Source of the DNA: a virus
Taxonomy: Duplodnaviria > Caudoviricetes
Length of the DNA: 51,192 nucleotides
Virus record (IMG/VR): IMGVR_UViG_3300027863_000050
Coordinates: 1 to 51,192 of that record
Reading direction: 5' to 3' (one strand)
A program made the position numbers and the translations under genes. Below, piece by piece: positions 25,724-35,737 of the stretch (positions are counted from its first letter, which is position 1; every line of letters begins with the position of its first letter). The notes under the pieces were generated by a model. That model saw nothing but the letters and a program-made list of their open reading frames with translations. It did not search any database and was not told where the DNA came from.

Positions 25724-26185
25724 ATGGACAATCTCGCTGGAAAGGACTTGAAACCACCCACGGGTACCGAATCGGCGGCGGTCTCCCCGACCGAGACGAA
25801 ATCCTCAGCCAAGCGGGCATCTCTGAACGAGAAAGAAATTCTTGATGCGCTCGCACTTTGGGAAGTAGGCCTGAAACATAAGAGTGCGCGTGCAGCCGAC
25901 CAGGAGTTTGGTCGAGTCCATGAGCGGATGCTCGAAATCGGCCGATCTATCAGCAATTGGGTCGCGCAGTTTGATTCGCAGCGCTGTGCTGCCTGCCATC
26001 GGCCGTTTTCAGAAGGCGTCCGGCCGAAGACGACCATCCCGCACTACGACTACACTAGCGAGCGCTACATCAATTGGTACGCCTGTAGCGCGACCTGCGC
26101 GGCCAAGCTGATCGACCGCCAGCGCGAAGATGAGGCGAAACGCCATGGGTTGCCGGCGAGCATGTTGAAACCTGCGCGCGCATGA
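25724..26185 (+). CDS. Hypothetical zinc-binding protein upstream of terL
   Basis: GAGGTG RBS; CAAC...CSATC; ATGA-coupled to terminase. Confidence 0.6.
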   Translation: MDNLAGKDLKPPTGTESAAVSPTETKSSAKRASLNEKEILDALALWEVGLKHKSARAADQEFGRVHERMLEIGRSISNWVAQFDSQRCAACHRPFSEGVRPKTTIPHYDYTSERYINWYACSATCAAKLIDRQREDEAKRHGLPASMLKPARA

Positions 26186-27981
26186 TCGATTTCGCCAAAA
26201 TACCGTCGCTCGCCAAGGTCTGTTACAAGGTCAATGACCGCCTGGACCCGCATAAGCTGGTCCCGTTCGTGATTAACTCTGCGCAGCGCGATTTTCTAAA
26301 GCTGTGCGCTCAGCTTCAGGAACAGAAAGCGCTGGTCTGGATCATTGCAATCAAGCCGCGCCGCGTTGGGTTGAGCCGCATTGTGTCCGCCGTTGGCGTG
26401 ACGATGGCGTTTTCGTATAACGGCCTTGCGGGCCGTGTCATGGCGCACCTTGGCGACACCCTTGAGGAGATCATGCGCGCGATGCGCTTGATGGCGCGCG
26501 GGTTGCCTGGGCACAAAAATCTTTCCAAGGATTTCGCCATTGAGATCGGAAAATCGGTTATCTCCGGCTCGAAAGCTCTGGCGGTTGGCACATCGCGCGG
26601 TACTGCGGCGCAATTTCTTCATCTGACCGAAGCGGCTCACTACCCGCTCAAATCCCCGATGACTGCGATTTTGCCGGTTGTTCCTCGTTCGCTGGACACG
26701 TTCATCGCGATTGAATCGACGGCCAATCCGGACCGGCGTGGCCGTGCGTTTCGGGAATACTGGGATAATGCACGCTGGGTGGACGAAAACAGGAAGGATC
26801 GGCTTTTTGTTCGCTATTTCTGCCCGTGGACCAAAGACCCGTATGCATGGGCGGACGCGAGCCTGGCCAAGGACGCGCCGATAGATGATGAAGAGCGCCT
26901 ATTGATGGCGGCGGGTGTTGAGCGCGAGCGTATCGCATGGCGACGTTCCGAGATCGCAAGCCGCTATCAGGGCCGACCTGAGCTGTTCGAGATGGAGAAT
27001 CCGTCCAGTCCGGACGCGGCGTTCCTGATTTCGGACGTTCCCGCGTTTTCGAATGATGAGAAGGCGTGGGCGCTCCGGACGGTTGTCGATCCGCTCATGC
27101 GCGGCACGTTCCGGCCGACCACGAACCATCCTGACAGCCTGGTGCGGCTGTATCGCGATCCAAACGGACCGTGGCGCATCTACGAGGAACGCAAGCGCAA
27201 TTGCGAGTACTACATCGGGGTTGATGCGGCGCGCGGGCGCGACGTTACCGATCCTGGTGCAAAGGAAGAATCAGCAACCGACTACGCCGCAATTGTGGTG
27301 GTGAACGGCTCGACTTCGGCCGTAGCCGCGGTTCTCGAAGAGCGCTGGCTTCCGGATGAAATTGCGCGCCAGACGGCGCTTGCGGGCCGCTATTATTGTT
27401 GCCGCGAAATTTCCGACTATCACTACGCACTGGTTAATGTCGAGGTTACCGGCGGTTACGGCGGCGAAGTCCAAATCCGTCTAAAAAAAGACGAGCACTA
27501 TCCGATCCATCGATTCTTGCGGTGGAAGGGCCGCGACGACCGGGTTCACGAGCGGCCGGGCCAGAACATCGGTTGGGTATCCACGGTTTTTACAAACGAG
27601 CTGAAATTGACCGTTTTCCGCATGGCGCTCAGCGCTCATCAATTCCTGGTGCGGGACCGCAGGCTCGCCGAACAAATCCAGACCGCATCGGAAACCAGCC
27701 TGGGTGACGCGGAGGTTGAACGTGGTCACGATGATGTCCTCGACGCGACGATGTTTGCGTGGATTGCCCGCGATATGCAGCGGCCGCGCTACGTTTCAAC
27801 CGAAGATGCAGTTGAATCGGCGGTTGCGCCGCGTATGATCAGCATCCACGAAACGGGCGCTTGGAGCGGCCGGCAGCTTTGGGAGTTTGTCGAGAAGCGG
27901 CTGAAAACTCGCGAGCGAGTTGATCATCTCCACGAGATGCTCGATTATATCAACAATCAGGGTGCGGGCTATGGCGGCTGA
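26182..27981 (+). CDS. terL: Terminase large subunit
   Basis: KPRRVGLS Walker A, LHLTE Walker B, IESTAN coupling motif, YYIGVDAA and HDDVLDA nuclease motifs. Confidence 0.92.
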   Translation: MIDFAKIPSLAKVCYKVNDRLDPHKLVPFVINSAQRDFLKLCAQLQEQKALVWIIAIKPRRVGLSRIVSAVGVTMAFSYNGLAGRVMAHLGDTLEEIMRAMRLMARGLPGHKNLSKDFAIEIGKSVISGSKALAVGTSRGTAAQFLHLTEAAHYPLKSPMTAILPVVPRSLDTFIAIESTANPDRRGRAFREYWDNARWVDENRKDRLFVRYFCPWTKDPYAWADASLAKDAPIDDEERLLMAAGVERERIAWRRSEIASRYQGRPELFEMENPSSPDAAFLISDVPAFSNDEKAWALRTVVDPLMRGTFRPTTNHPDSLVRLYRDPNGPWRIYEERKRNCEYYIGVDAARGRDVTDPGAKEESATDYAAIVVVNGSTSAVAAVLEERWLPDEIARQTALAGRYYCCREISDYHYALVNVEVTGGYGGEVQIRLKKDEHYPIHRFLRWKGRDDRVHERPGQNIGWVSTVFTNELKLTVFRMALSAHQFLVRDRRLAEQIQTASETSLGDAEVERGHDDVLDATMFAWIARDMQRPRYVSTEDAVESAVAPRMISIHETGAWSGRQLWEFVEKRLKTRERVDHLHEMLDYINNQGAGYGG

Positions 27982-28600
27982 AGACATCGGACCGACGACA
28001 ATAGTTTCGGATGCGCTCGCCGCGCGTGTTGCAACCGTGCGTGCGGTGAACGCGGCTTCGGCGCGTCAACCAGCGCCGCCGCCTGACGAAATGGCATCGC
28101 CGTGGCCGCCCGCGCCGCCGCGTCCCGTGCAGTTTCCGCCCGAATTTATCAACCGCGATAACATTGCGAAGGCTGCGGAAGCTGTCGAGTCAATCCAGAC
28201 CGCCGCGAAGCAGGGTCGGGGCCGACCGCCAAAGAAAGGCAAACAGGAATCCGCACAGGTTTCCAGTAGCGCATGGGACATGTTGGACCGTTTGTTGACT
28301 CGCTGGGCGCGACAAATTGCAGTGACAAGTCGCGAGCGTGCGAACTTCGAGCTGGCGCGGTCTTTGATGAGTTGCGGCGCTTCGTTTCTACGTGCGCGCG
28401 TACCGGTTGAAGCGGTGGCCAGCATCGTGCGGCTTTCCAATGAACTTGCAGAAGCGGGCGGTCAAATCGATGAGGACGATAAGCGAATCAACGAATTGCG
28501 CCGCCAGCTAAGAAGCGAGGTCTTTGATACTGAGAAACCCGCCGGCAAGCCCGACGACGAAGACGAGGAGGACGAAGAGGAAAATGGCAGCGAAGAATAA
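27971..28600 (+). CDS. Hypothetical protein with AT-hook-like motif and acidic tail
   Basis: GRGRPPKK; lies between terL and portal. Confidence 0.6.
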   Translation: MAAEDIGPTTIVSDALAARVATVRAVNAASARQPAPPPDEMASPWPPAPPRPVQFPPEFINRDNIAKAAEAVESIQTAAKQGRGRPPKKGKQESAQVSSSAWDMLDRLLTRWARQIAVTSRERANFELARSLMSCGASFLRARVPVEAVASIVRLSNELAEAGGQIDEDDKRINELRRQLRSEVFDTEKPAGKPDDEDEEDEEENGSEE

Positions 28601-28823
28601 CGCGAAAAAAGAGAGCATACCTTCCTATCTTCAGTTAGCGCTTCGCGAGTTGTTTGGGGATATTGAAGGGCCTCCTTCGCATAAACAGCTTGAGATAAGT
28701 ATGCCTGTGGTAGCGGACGCACTGTGGCGAGACCTGAGTTTTCATCCGGCCTACGATTTCCTCACGGAGATGGTGGCAGAAAAGAAAAAGCGTAAGCAGG
28801 AGGACAAAAAGAATGGCGGCTGA
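28584..28823 (+). CDS. Hypothetical protein
   Basis: GAGG RBS; overlaps both neighbours. Confidence 0.5.
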   Translation: MAAKNNAKKESIPSYLQLALRELFGDIEGPPSHKQLEISMPVVADALWRDLSFHPAYDFLTEMVAEKKKRKQEDKKNGG

Positions 28824-29130
28824 CAACGAGCTTCCCGAGGACGATCCTTCGCTTCGCTACGAAGTGGAAATTGAGGATCGCTTGAAGCGGCTCAAAACCG
28901 GGCTGGATGCACAAGCCGAATGGAGCGACGTGGCTTCACGAATCGCGGACGCGCTTGAACATTTTTCTATCGCACAAAATTTTGCTGCGCTTGCGATGCA
29001 GGGTTACGAAGTGCCGGGCATCAGGCTTGCGGGCCATCGCGCGGATTGCCCCAATTGTCTCATGACTCGCTCCGCAACTAAGGTGCCCTCTGGCCGGATG
29101 GTACTCAACCCGTTCGATCCGAAACAATAA
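28813..29130 (+). CDS. Hypothetical protein
   Basis: GGAGG RBS, 105 aa. Confidence 0.6.
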   Translation: MAADNELPEDDPSLRYEVEIEDRLKRLKTGLDAQAEWSDVASRIADALEHFSIAQNFAALAMQGYEVPGIRLAGHRADCPNCLMTRSATKVPSGRMVLNPFDPKQ

Positions 29131-29133
29131 GCG

Positions 29134-30852
29134 ATGGCTGGAGCCGTAAATTTACGTTCGGATGTTTACGCCTTCTCCAAAGCGGAAGAGCGTGACGCCG
29201 AATTCATCGATCAGCTAATCCAGATTGCCGAAGACCGGCGTACGGAAACGCTCGGCCCGAACTACTTCGAGTGGGCAAAGGAATTTTATCTTTTCCGGCC
29301 CGCATTCTGGCAACCGCAGATCGAGTACCAAATCAAGCTTCGGATGCCGGACCTTCAATTCATGTTCCTGAACGAGGCGTCCGAATTGACCGAGCAGGAG
29401 CCGCGCTTCTTTATCTCGCGCCAAGGCCAGCGGCGCAAGGAATACGAAGAAGCGTTCAAGGCCAATTGGCGCGCGAATAACTGCCAGCTTGAATTGTTCA
29501 TGGCGACCTTGTGGTCGCTGCTGTGCCATACGGGATTTGTCGAGGTTGTTGCCTCGCCGACTCCGCCGCGTTCGGTCAAGATTCGGGCCCGCAATCCGCA
29601 GAACGTCTATCCTGATCCATTTGTGAACGACTGGCGCGATTGGGAATACGTGATTGTGCGGGTGCCGATGTCCCCTGACGAAATTGCGCGGCAATTTCCG
29701 GAAGCTGCCGAGCGCTTGCCGATGCTCTTACTGGAACATCAGCGCGAACTTTACATCGAGACGCGGATGGGTGGCGTTCTGGGTTCCGGCCCGATGGCGA
29801 TCGAGATGCCGCCGGGCGCGATGCAGTCTGTGCCGATTGGCCGTCCGCCTGGAGCCAGCGATTATCTCTCGGTTGATTACGTTTTCATCCGTGACGAAAC
29901 GCGCGAAGCAGTTTCGCGTGAAGTTGCGGGGTCCAAGGACGCGGGCGGTGTTTTGCCGCCGCCCGAAACGATGCCCAAGTACCCGACGGGACGGCTCATT
30001 GTTCGCACGGGTAAGCTCAAGCTTTGGGACGGTCCGAATCAATACCGGCGTTTTCCGATAATCCCGATTTTCGCCTTGCCGCCGCTCTATGGCGCATGGG
30101 GTACGCCGCCGGTCCAATATCTGATTCAGCTTCAACACCTTGCCGAATCGATGTACTCGCAGGTTGCCGAAAATGCGATCCGCATGAACTATGGCTATCG
30201 GCTTTACCAGGATGGCGCGATTCTGAATCCGGAGAACATGAGCAAAATCGGTGCTGATTTGCGGGTGAAGACTGCGGATGACGTGCGGCGCGCTTTTGCT
30301 TACATTCCCGCGCCCGGGTTCTCGCCACAGCAAACCGGCATGCCGATGGAACTTCTGGGCCATATGCGAGAGCTGTTCGGATTGACCCAGGCTCGGCAAG
30401 GTCAGCTCGGCGCGGGAAATGTCAGTCCGGGCCTCATGGATACCGCAGTGACTCAGGCTCAGGCGATGACCCGTATGCGCGCGCGCTTACTCGCCGATGC
30501 GGTTGAGCATCTAGGCCGTCTCACTTTTGAAACGATGGTTGATTTTCTCGACACGACGCATTTGAGCTACGCGCTTGATGGCACTTTCCATACTGCGCCG
30601 TGGGAAGGCGTCCCGCTTCACGAATTGGCCGATTGGGATGTCAAACTTGACGCGGCGTCGATGCGTCCGATGAATCAGAGCACGCTCAAACAGCTTGTTC
30701 CCGTATTGGCAAATCTCGGCTTGATCACGCCTGAATATGCATTGACAGCGCTCGGCATTCCTGACGCAGAGGAAATGGCGAAGAAGGTTGAAGAGCGACA
30801 GGCAATGATGGCTGCGATGGGCGCGGCTCAGAAGCGCGGAGGTCGGAAGTAG
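29134..30852 (+). CDS. Portal protein
   Basis: 572 aa after terL; RNPQNVYPDP and FPIIP motifs of podovirus/P22-like portals. Confidence 0.8.
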   Translation: MAGAVNLRSDVYAFSKAEERDAEFIDQLIQIAEDRRTETLGPNYFEWAKEFYLFRPAFWQPQIEYQIKLRMPDLQFMFLNEASELTEQEPRFFISRQGQRRKEYEEAFKANWRANNCQLELFMATLWSLLCHTGFVEVVASPTPPRSVKIRARNPQNVYPDPFVNDWRDWEYVIVRVPMSPDEIARQFPEAAERLPMLLLEHQRELYIETRMGGVLGSGPMAIEMPPGAMQSVPIGRPPGASDYLSVDYVFIRDETREAVSREVAGSKDAGGVLPPPETMPKYPTGRLIVRTGKLKLWDGPNQYRRFPIIPIFALPPLYGAWGTPPVQYLIQLQHLAESMYSQVAENAIRMNYGYRLYQDGAILNPENMSKIGADLRVKTADDVRRAFAYIPAPGFSPQQTGMPMELLGHMRELFGLTQARQGQLGAGNVSPGLMDTAVTQAQAMTRMRARLLADAVEHLGRLTFETMVDFLDTTHLSYALDGTFHTAPWEGVPLHELADWDVKLDAASMRPMNQSTLKQLVPVLANLGLITPEYALTALGIPDAEEMAKKVEERQAMMAAMGAAQKRGGRK

Positions 30853-30854
30853 TA

Positions 30855-31034
30855 ATGAAACAGAAGCTCGAATACGATCCGTGGCTTGCTGAACTTTTGC
30901 AGGGTGCTCGCGCAGAACATGTCACTGGCCAGCTAGTCCTACACCTAAAGAACGGAACATTGGTCAGCGCGGATTGGGTTCTGCGCAACGTCCAACGCAA
31001 GGTACTTGACGCCGCAAATAAAACGGCGTATTGA
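30855..31034 (+). CDS. Small hypothetical protein (59 aa)
   Basis: Manual translation MKQKLEYDPW...TGQLVLHLKNG; directly after portal stop. Confidence 0.5.
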   Translation: MKQKLEYDPWLAELLQGARAEHVTGQLVLHLKNGTLVSADWVLRNVQRKVLDAANKTAY

Positions 31035-31125
31035 GACGAATAAGCGGATAACGCGGCGGCTGCGGAAACGTAAGTCCGCGTGATTCCGGAACTTTAGAAC
31101 ATAGCCCGGAGACTGCCGGAAGGTA

Positions 31126-31161
31126 AGCCCGAGTCGACCTAGGGGTCGGCCCGGGCTTTTT
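31126..31161 (+). terminator. Intrinsic terminator-like hairpin
   Basis: AGCCCGAGTCGACC-TAGG-GGTCGGCCCGGGCT followed by TTTT. Confidence 0.55.
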
Positions 31162-31449
31162 GTTTATGGATAACTGGGACGTATTAGGCAACGCGTTCAG
31201 TGAGATCGATCCAGACCGCGTAACGCCGCTGGCTTGCGGCGAGCACAAATGCCATGCCAGCGCCCCGTGCGATCTGCATGAGCGCGTTGTTCTCCACTTC
31301 CGCATCGACGGCCACGAATATCCCCGCATGTATCTCAGCAAACTTGCCTGGCGGCAGCTTACGGACCTTTACCGTAATCGCCGCGAATTAATACCGGTCT
31401 TGGCGTCCCTGGTGACGTTGAGCAATCAGCCACGGGAGGTGAGGCGATA

Positions 31450-31503
31450 ATGGCGCGTGGTCATAAACGTGTCGCGCATCGCAAGCATCGCCGGAAGATC
31501 TAA
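31450..31503 (+). CDS. 17-aa Arg/His/Lys-rich peptide
   Basis: MARGHKRVAHRKHRRKI; GGAGGTGAGG RBS; followed by a UUCG hairpin near 31535-31564. Confidence 0.5.
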   Translation: MARGHKRVAHRKHRRKI

Positions 31504-31588
31504 CGGCGGCGCTGGGAGAGCAAGCGCATCCCACGGGTGAGGCGGTCTTCGGGCCGCTTCACCCAAAATCACTCAAAGGAAAACTTTT

Positions 31589-31858
31589 ATGGCAGCGAGA
31601 GTTCGCAGGAATCGAATAGGTGGCGGGGCCAAGTCAGAAGCCAATCGTTGGAACATGGGCGTTCCGAGCATTGGTGACGATTTCGACCCCGGCTTTGTGA
31701 CCGCTTACAACGTGCGCGGCCCGCATTGGGAATTGGAGCGGTTGGCGACGATGCCGGTTTCCAGCATTCCGCCGACGATGGGCGGCCAGATGGGGGCCGA
31801 CGAACACGTGACATGGACTTCGGGCGGCGGACGGCGCGGACGGCGCGGCCGCAGGTAA
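31589..31858 (+). CDS. Small protein with Arg/Gly-rich tail
   Basis: AAGGA RBS; C-terminal GGGRRGRRGRR. Confidence 0.6.
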   Translation: MAARVRRNRIGGGAKSEANRWNMGVPSIGDDFDPGFVTAYNVRGPHWELERLATMPVSSIPPTMGGQMGADEHVTWTSGGGRRGRRGRR

Positions 31859-31864
31859 ACAGCC

Positions 31865-32335
31865 ATGCCAACTAGCCTCGCGGGAAACCCACTGGCTTTT
31901 CTACGCGGTGCGGGCGGCAACGTAACGCCGCCGATGGGGCCAACCGGTCCGGCTCCAAGCCTGAGCGGGATCGGGCTGCTTGGTACGCAGGAAGGGGGCG
32001 GCCCGACTCCCGGTGGTCTTGATGGCGCTGCGGCGATTTTGCCTCAGGTTCTCGCACAACAGCAGCGTGAATATTACCGCCGTTTTCTGATGTCGGTTGG
32101 CAAACTCTTGCGCGAGTTCATGCGCAGCCGAGGAATCGGTCCGCGCACAGTTTCAACGGTCGGCCGCGCGGTCACGGCTATTGATGTGGCCGCAAACACG
32201 CTCATGAAAGAGCGGCCGGAAGAGGCCGAACCGGTCAATTCAATTATGGCCCAGAGCATGATGGCGCGTCAGGCAATGGCACAGACGCCGCCGCTTAGCT
32301 CCGGTCCGATGAGCACGCTTCCGGTGATGAGATAG
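31865..32335 (+). CDS. Hypothetical head-region protein
   Basis: 156 aa Gly/Pro/Met-rich ORF before scaffold. Confidence 0.6.
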   Translation: MPTSLAGNPLAFLRGAGGNVTPPMGPTGPAPSLSGIGLLGTQEGGGPTPGGLDGAAAILPQVLAQQQREYYRRFLMSVGKLLREFMRSRGIGPRTVSTVGRAVTAIDVAANTLMKERPEEAEPVNSIMAQSMMARQAMAQTPPLSSGPMSTLPVMR

Positions 32336-32356
32336 ACCTTCCGCACGAGGTGAATC

Positions 32357-33196
32357 ATGGACGAACGATTTAGCAAACTTCCCGACGATTTCGAGATTCC
32401 GGTCAGCGAGGAAGAGAAAATCCGGCTCGCAGACCTGAAAGGCGCGCTTAGTCAGCAGGAAGCCGCACTCGCCGAACGCGACCGCAAACTAGCCGAATAT
32501 GCAGCGGAGCTCGAACGGCTTCGCAAGGTGGCTGAAGGGAGTGCTTCAATTTTCCAGGAAGCGGCCAAACTTGCCTCTCAACCACTGCCTGAGGAAACCG
32601 CTCCGGTGCAGAATGCGCCGCGGCAACCTACGGACCCGCTCGAAGCGGACCCGTTCTACCAGTCTCTCGAAAACCGGCTTGTCCAGAAACTCCAGGAAAA
32701 CCTTCTCAAGCCGTTTGTCGAGAAGGAAGTCAAACCCGCACTGACCAACTTCCAACAGCTGGCTCAACAGACCCAGGCTGCGCTCGCCGAACAATACCTA
32801 CGCAGACAATACGAAGAGCTGGCCCGCGAAGAGGCGTGGCCCAAGGACATGACGTTTGAACAGGCAATCCAGGAAGCGGTCAAGCGCGGGCATGTGCTGG
32901 CAACCCAGCAGGGCCGCGTGCCTAACCTAAAGGCGCTTCATTTGGAAACAACGATGCCTCAGCGACAGGCCCGCATCGAGGAACAGCTCCGCAAACAGGC
33001 CGAAGAAGAGGCCATCAAGAAATTGCGGCAGAGCTATCGGCTGGTTCCGATTCCGAACCGGGCTGCGACCGCGAAGCCAGGCCTCAAGCGGGTGGTTGGA
33101 CCTACACCTGAAGCGGTGCTCGACAACGCACTGCAACAGGCCGAACAGGACGTTGAGCTTCAACGGATGCTCAACCGCATGAGCGGGGGGCAGTGA
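32357..33196 (+). CDS. Capsid scaffolding protein (putative)
   Basis: Glu/Gln-rich coiled-coil between portal and capsid gene; GAGGTG RBS. Confidence 0.65.
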   Translation: MDERFSKLPDDFEIPVSEEEKIRLADLKGALSQQEAALAERDRKLAEYAAELERLRKVAEGSASIFQEAAKLASQPLPEETAPVQNAPRQPTDPLEADPFYQSLENRLVQKLQENLLKPFVEKEVKPALTNFQQLAQQTQAALAEQYLRRQYEELAREEAWPKDMTFEQAIQEAVKRGHVLATQQGRVPNLKALHLETTMPQRQARIEEQLRKQAEEEAIKKLRQSYRLVPIPNRAATAKPGLKRVVGPTPEAVLDNALQQAEQDVELQRMLNRMSGGQ

Positions 33197-33202
33197 GGAA
33201 TG

Positions 33203-33910
33203 TCAGGAAATCCTCAAAGCACGACGCCCTTGAAGGCTGAACAACTCGTCGGCAATCCGATGGAGTTTTTCGAGGTCTTCGGCTCGTCTACCGCCACCCG
33301 GTCCGCGCAGTCCGTGTCGATAACACCAGTTGAGATGCGCGGCTTCCAGGACGAGTTCGGCTTGCCGTCGCTTTCCGACAAGGTAAGGAAGAATCGTGCG
33401 GAGCACGACGGCGGCATCGTTGTTGGCTGCGCGCCAGCACCAGACAGGTTTTCTGGGTCGCGGTTCGCTTGTTCTGGATTGATATTTGATATCCCCGCAT
33501 CCCGCAATCGTTTGGCATCTACGGACGCATTGCTCATCGGTCATCCCAACCTGAACGAGCGGCTGCGCGCCAATGTAGAAGCCGGTTTTATCGCCCCATT
33601 GCTTCTTCCATTGTTGACGGACAATTCCGATATAGCCTTCCCCGTCGAGAATGCCTGCAAGCCAGCCGAGATCAATCAGCCGCCGCTCTTCGGCCGTAAA
33701 GGTCGGCATGGCCACTTCGCGGAACTCGAACTGGGAACGCCATTCGGCGTACCAGTGCTCGAAGTCATCGCGCAGGACGCGGAAGGGTCCGTAGGGATTG
33801 GCGGGATCGCGTTCGGCCTTGAGTCTGCCCTCGCGAATTGCCGCTCGAACGAACTCATCGCTGGTACCGATTATTTGGGAAATTTCTTGAACCGAAATGT
33901 AATTGCTCAT
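33203..33910 (-). CDS. Free-standing LAGLIDADG homing endonuclease with N-terminal excisionase-like HTH
   Basis: WLAGILDGEGYIGI motif, ILPYLVGKRRQAEL; N-terminal YISVQEISQIIGTSDEFVRAAIREGRLKA. Confidence 0.85.
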   Translation of the reverse strand: MSNYISVQEISQIIGTSDEFVRAAIREGRLKAERDPANPYGPFRVLRDDFEHWYAEWRSQFEFREVAMPTFTAEERRLIDLGWLAGILDGEGYIGIVRQQWKKQWGDKTGFYIGAQPLVQVGMTDEQCVRRCQTIAGCGDIKYQSRTSEPRPRKPVWCWRAANNDAAVVLRTILPYLVGKRRQAELVLEAAHLNWCYRHGLRGPGGGRRAEDLEKLHRIADELFSLQGRRALRIS

Positions 33911-34000
33911 GCGGTCGATACTGCCACAAGCTACGATGCATGTCAAGTGGCTTCTGAAAAGTATCGTTGTGCCGAAATTATGCAGGGAGATTAAGGATTT

Positions 34001-35005
34001 ATGGCAGGATATGTCGGGTCGGGCCTCTACGCCCCGCCCATCGTAGCCCAGAGCACCATGGACTCGATCACACAGCGGTGGTTACAACCCGTGATCGGCG
34101 ATGCGATATTCATTCCGTCGACGATGTTGGGTGAGATGACCTCGCAGGGACGGCGGGTAGATTCGGCGGATTTGCCGTTTGCGGTAGCGGCGCGGACGCT
34201 GCCGGGCGGCGGCGCGTTTTTTGGGACTCAGGAAATTTCGCTTGAGATTCCTGATCCGATTCAGCCCGCGGTGCAGGTCTGGAAATACTATCGCCAGCCG
34301 CTCGCGATTTCGCTGACGGACCTCTGGACGAACCAGGCGTCGAGTCCCACGGGCGTTTTGAATCTGGTGCGGGCATACATGATCATGCTCGCGGGCACAT
34401 TCCTCCAGATTTTGTCGAATGCGCTGTGGGGCGATACGACTCAGCCGGCGGGCCTTGCGGTTGACGATATCAACGCCTGGTTGAACAACCAGACCAATAC
34501 GATCGCGGGCATTAACCGGAACAGCGCGGGGAATGCGTTCTGGAAGCCGAATGCGACCATCAACCTTGCGTCGCTGACCATGGCGAATATGGTGACCGCG
34601 TACTGGCAGTATGCGGGGAACATGGGTTTCGACTATCCGCAGGTGATGGCGATGTCGCCGACCGGATATGCGAATTTCATGAACCTGTTCGTCCAGCAAA
34701 TCCGATACTTCAACGAGTTTCCGGATGATGAGGGCGTGCAGGCGGTATTCCGCCAGGGCGTGAAGTTCTTCACGACCAAAGTGGTTCCAGACCCGTATCT
34801 CGGCGCTCTCCAGCCGCAGACGGCATTTATCATTAACTATCGCTATATCTATCCTGTTTTCTTCCAGAGATGCTATTTCCTCTTTAGCCCTTGGGTGCAA
34901 CCTTCAAATCAGCTTTTGTTGTCTACGTTCCTCATTCTTGGCTGGAATATCCAATGTGTAAGCCCACAAAAAGCAGGTCAAGCTATAAGTGGAAGTGGCC
35001 TTTAG
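34001..35005 (+). CDS. Major capsid protein (putative)
   Basis: 334 aa after scaffold; LSNALWGD and IAGINR...FWKP motifs seen in podovirus coat proteins. Confidence 0.72.
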   Translation: MAGYVGSGLYAPPIVAQSTMDSITQRWLQPVIGDAIFIPSTMLGEMTSQGRRVDSADLPFAVAARTLPGGGAFFGTQEISLEIPDPIQPAVQVWKYYRQPLAISLTDLWTNQASSPTGVLNLVRAYMIMLAGTFLQILSNALWGDTTQPAGLAVDDINAWLNNQTNTIAGINRNSAGNAFWKPNATINLASLTMANMVTAYWQYAGNMGFDYPQVMAMSPTGYANFMNLFVQQIRYFNEFPDDEGVQAVFRQGVKFFTTKVVPDPYLGALQPQTAFIINYRYIYPVFFQRCYFLFSPWVQPSNQLLLSTFLILGWNIQCVSPQKAGQAISGSGL

Positions 35006-35251
35006 AATTAGCGCTGCTAATGGATTGAACATGCTTGGTTGCTATGCTAAAGCGGAGGACCAGCATGAAAGCCGATAAGGGTAAGGCGACGCTGCCTAAG
35101 GGGATAGAGCTTCTATGTCCCTTTGTTAAAACATCGGAATTGCGCGAGGTAGACCTGTATGCGCCCCGAATTCTTTATTTCCCGGATAACCCTTCCGCGG
35201 GGGCGATAATTTTTTATCACTCAGATGAGCAAAAAGTAACGGAGAACTGAT

Positions 35252-35713
35252 ATGGCAGGACCATTGAATCCTTCGCCGGGTGCGAACAATCTATTGGGCG
35301 CGGTTTTGAAGCGGTACCCGCCCGTTGGCCCGACTGCGGACACGGGCGAGCCGACCGGGACCTCGCTAACTGGAACTGGAAATGTGACGGCCACTTTTCC
35401 GCTGAACGGTGCGGGCCAGCAGCCACGGGTAAGTCATGGCTACTTCGGCCTTTTGGTCTATGCGGTCAATGCGGCCACGACCGTTGGACCGATCACGGTT
35501 ACCGCGACGGACGGTACGAATGTCGAGGTGGTGGACGTGATTCCCGCGTTTCCGGCGGGGAGTGGCGGCTGCGTGATCCGGCCGTTTACGCCGTCGAATT
35601 TTGCCGGAACCGACGCGATTACCGGCAACATCACGTCGCTAACTGCGGCGGTTACGCTCGCGGGTACGACTCAGGCGGCTACCGTTAAATTCGTGGCGGT
35701 TGGCTCTCCGTAA
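35252..35713 (+). CDS. Virion structural protein (decoration-like)
   Basis: Thr/Gly/Ala-rich beta protein after capsid; GGAG RBS. Confidence 0.55.
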   Translation: MAGPLNPSPGANNLLGAVLKRYPPVGPTADTGEPTGTSLTGTGNVTATFPLNGAGQQPRVSHGYFGLLVYAVNAATTVGPITVTATDGTNVEVVDVIPAFPAGSGGCVIRPFTPSNFAGTDAITGNITSLTAAVTLAGTTQAATVKFVAVGSP

Positions 35714-35737
35714 TGCCCGCGTTGAAGGAGGTCAAAC

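Noticed and set aside
34082-34900. 272-aa minus-strand ORF and similar long antisense ORFs (13367-14326, 29728-30399)
   Set aside because: Shadows of well-supported plus-strand genes in GC-rich DNA
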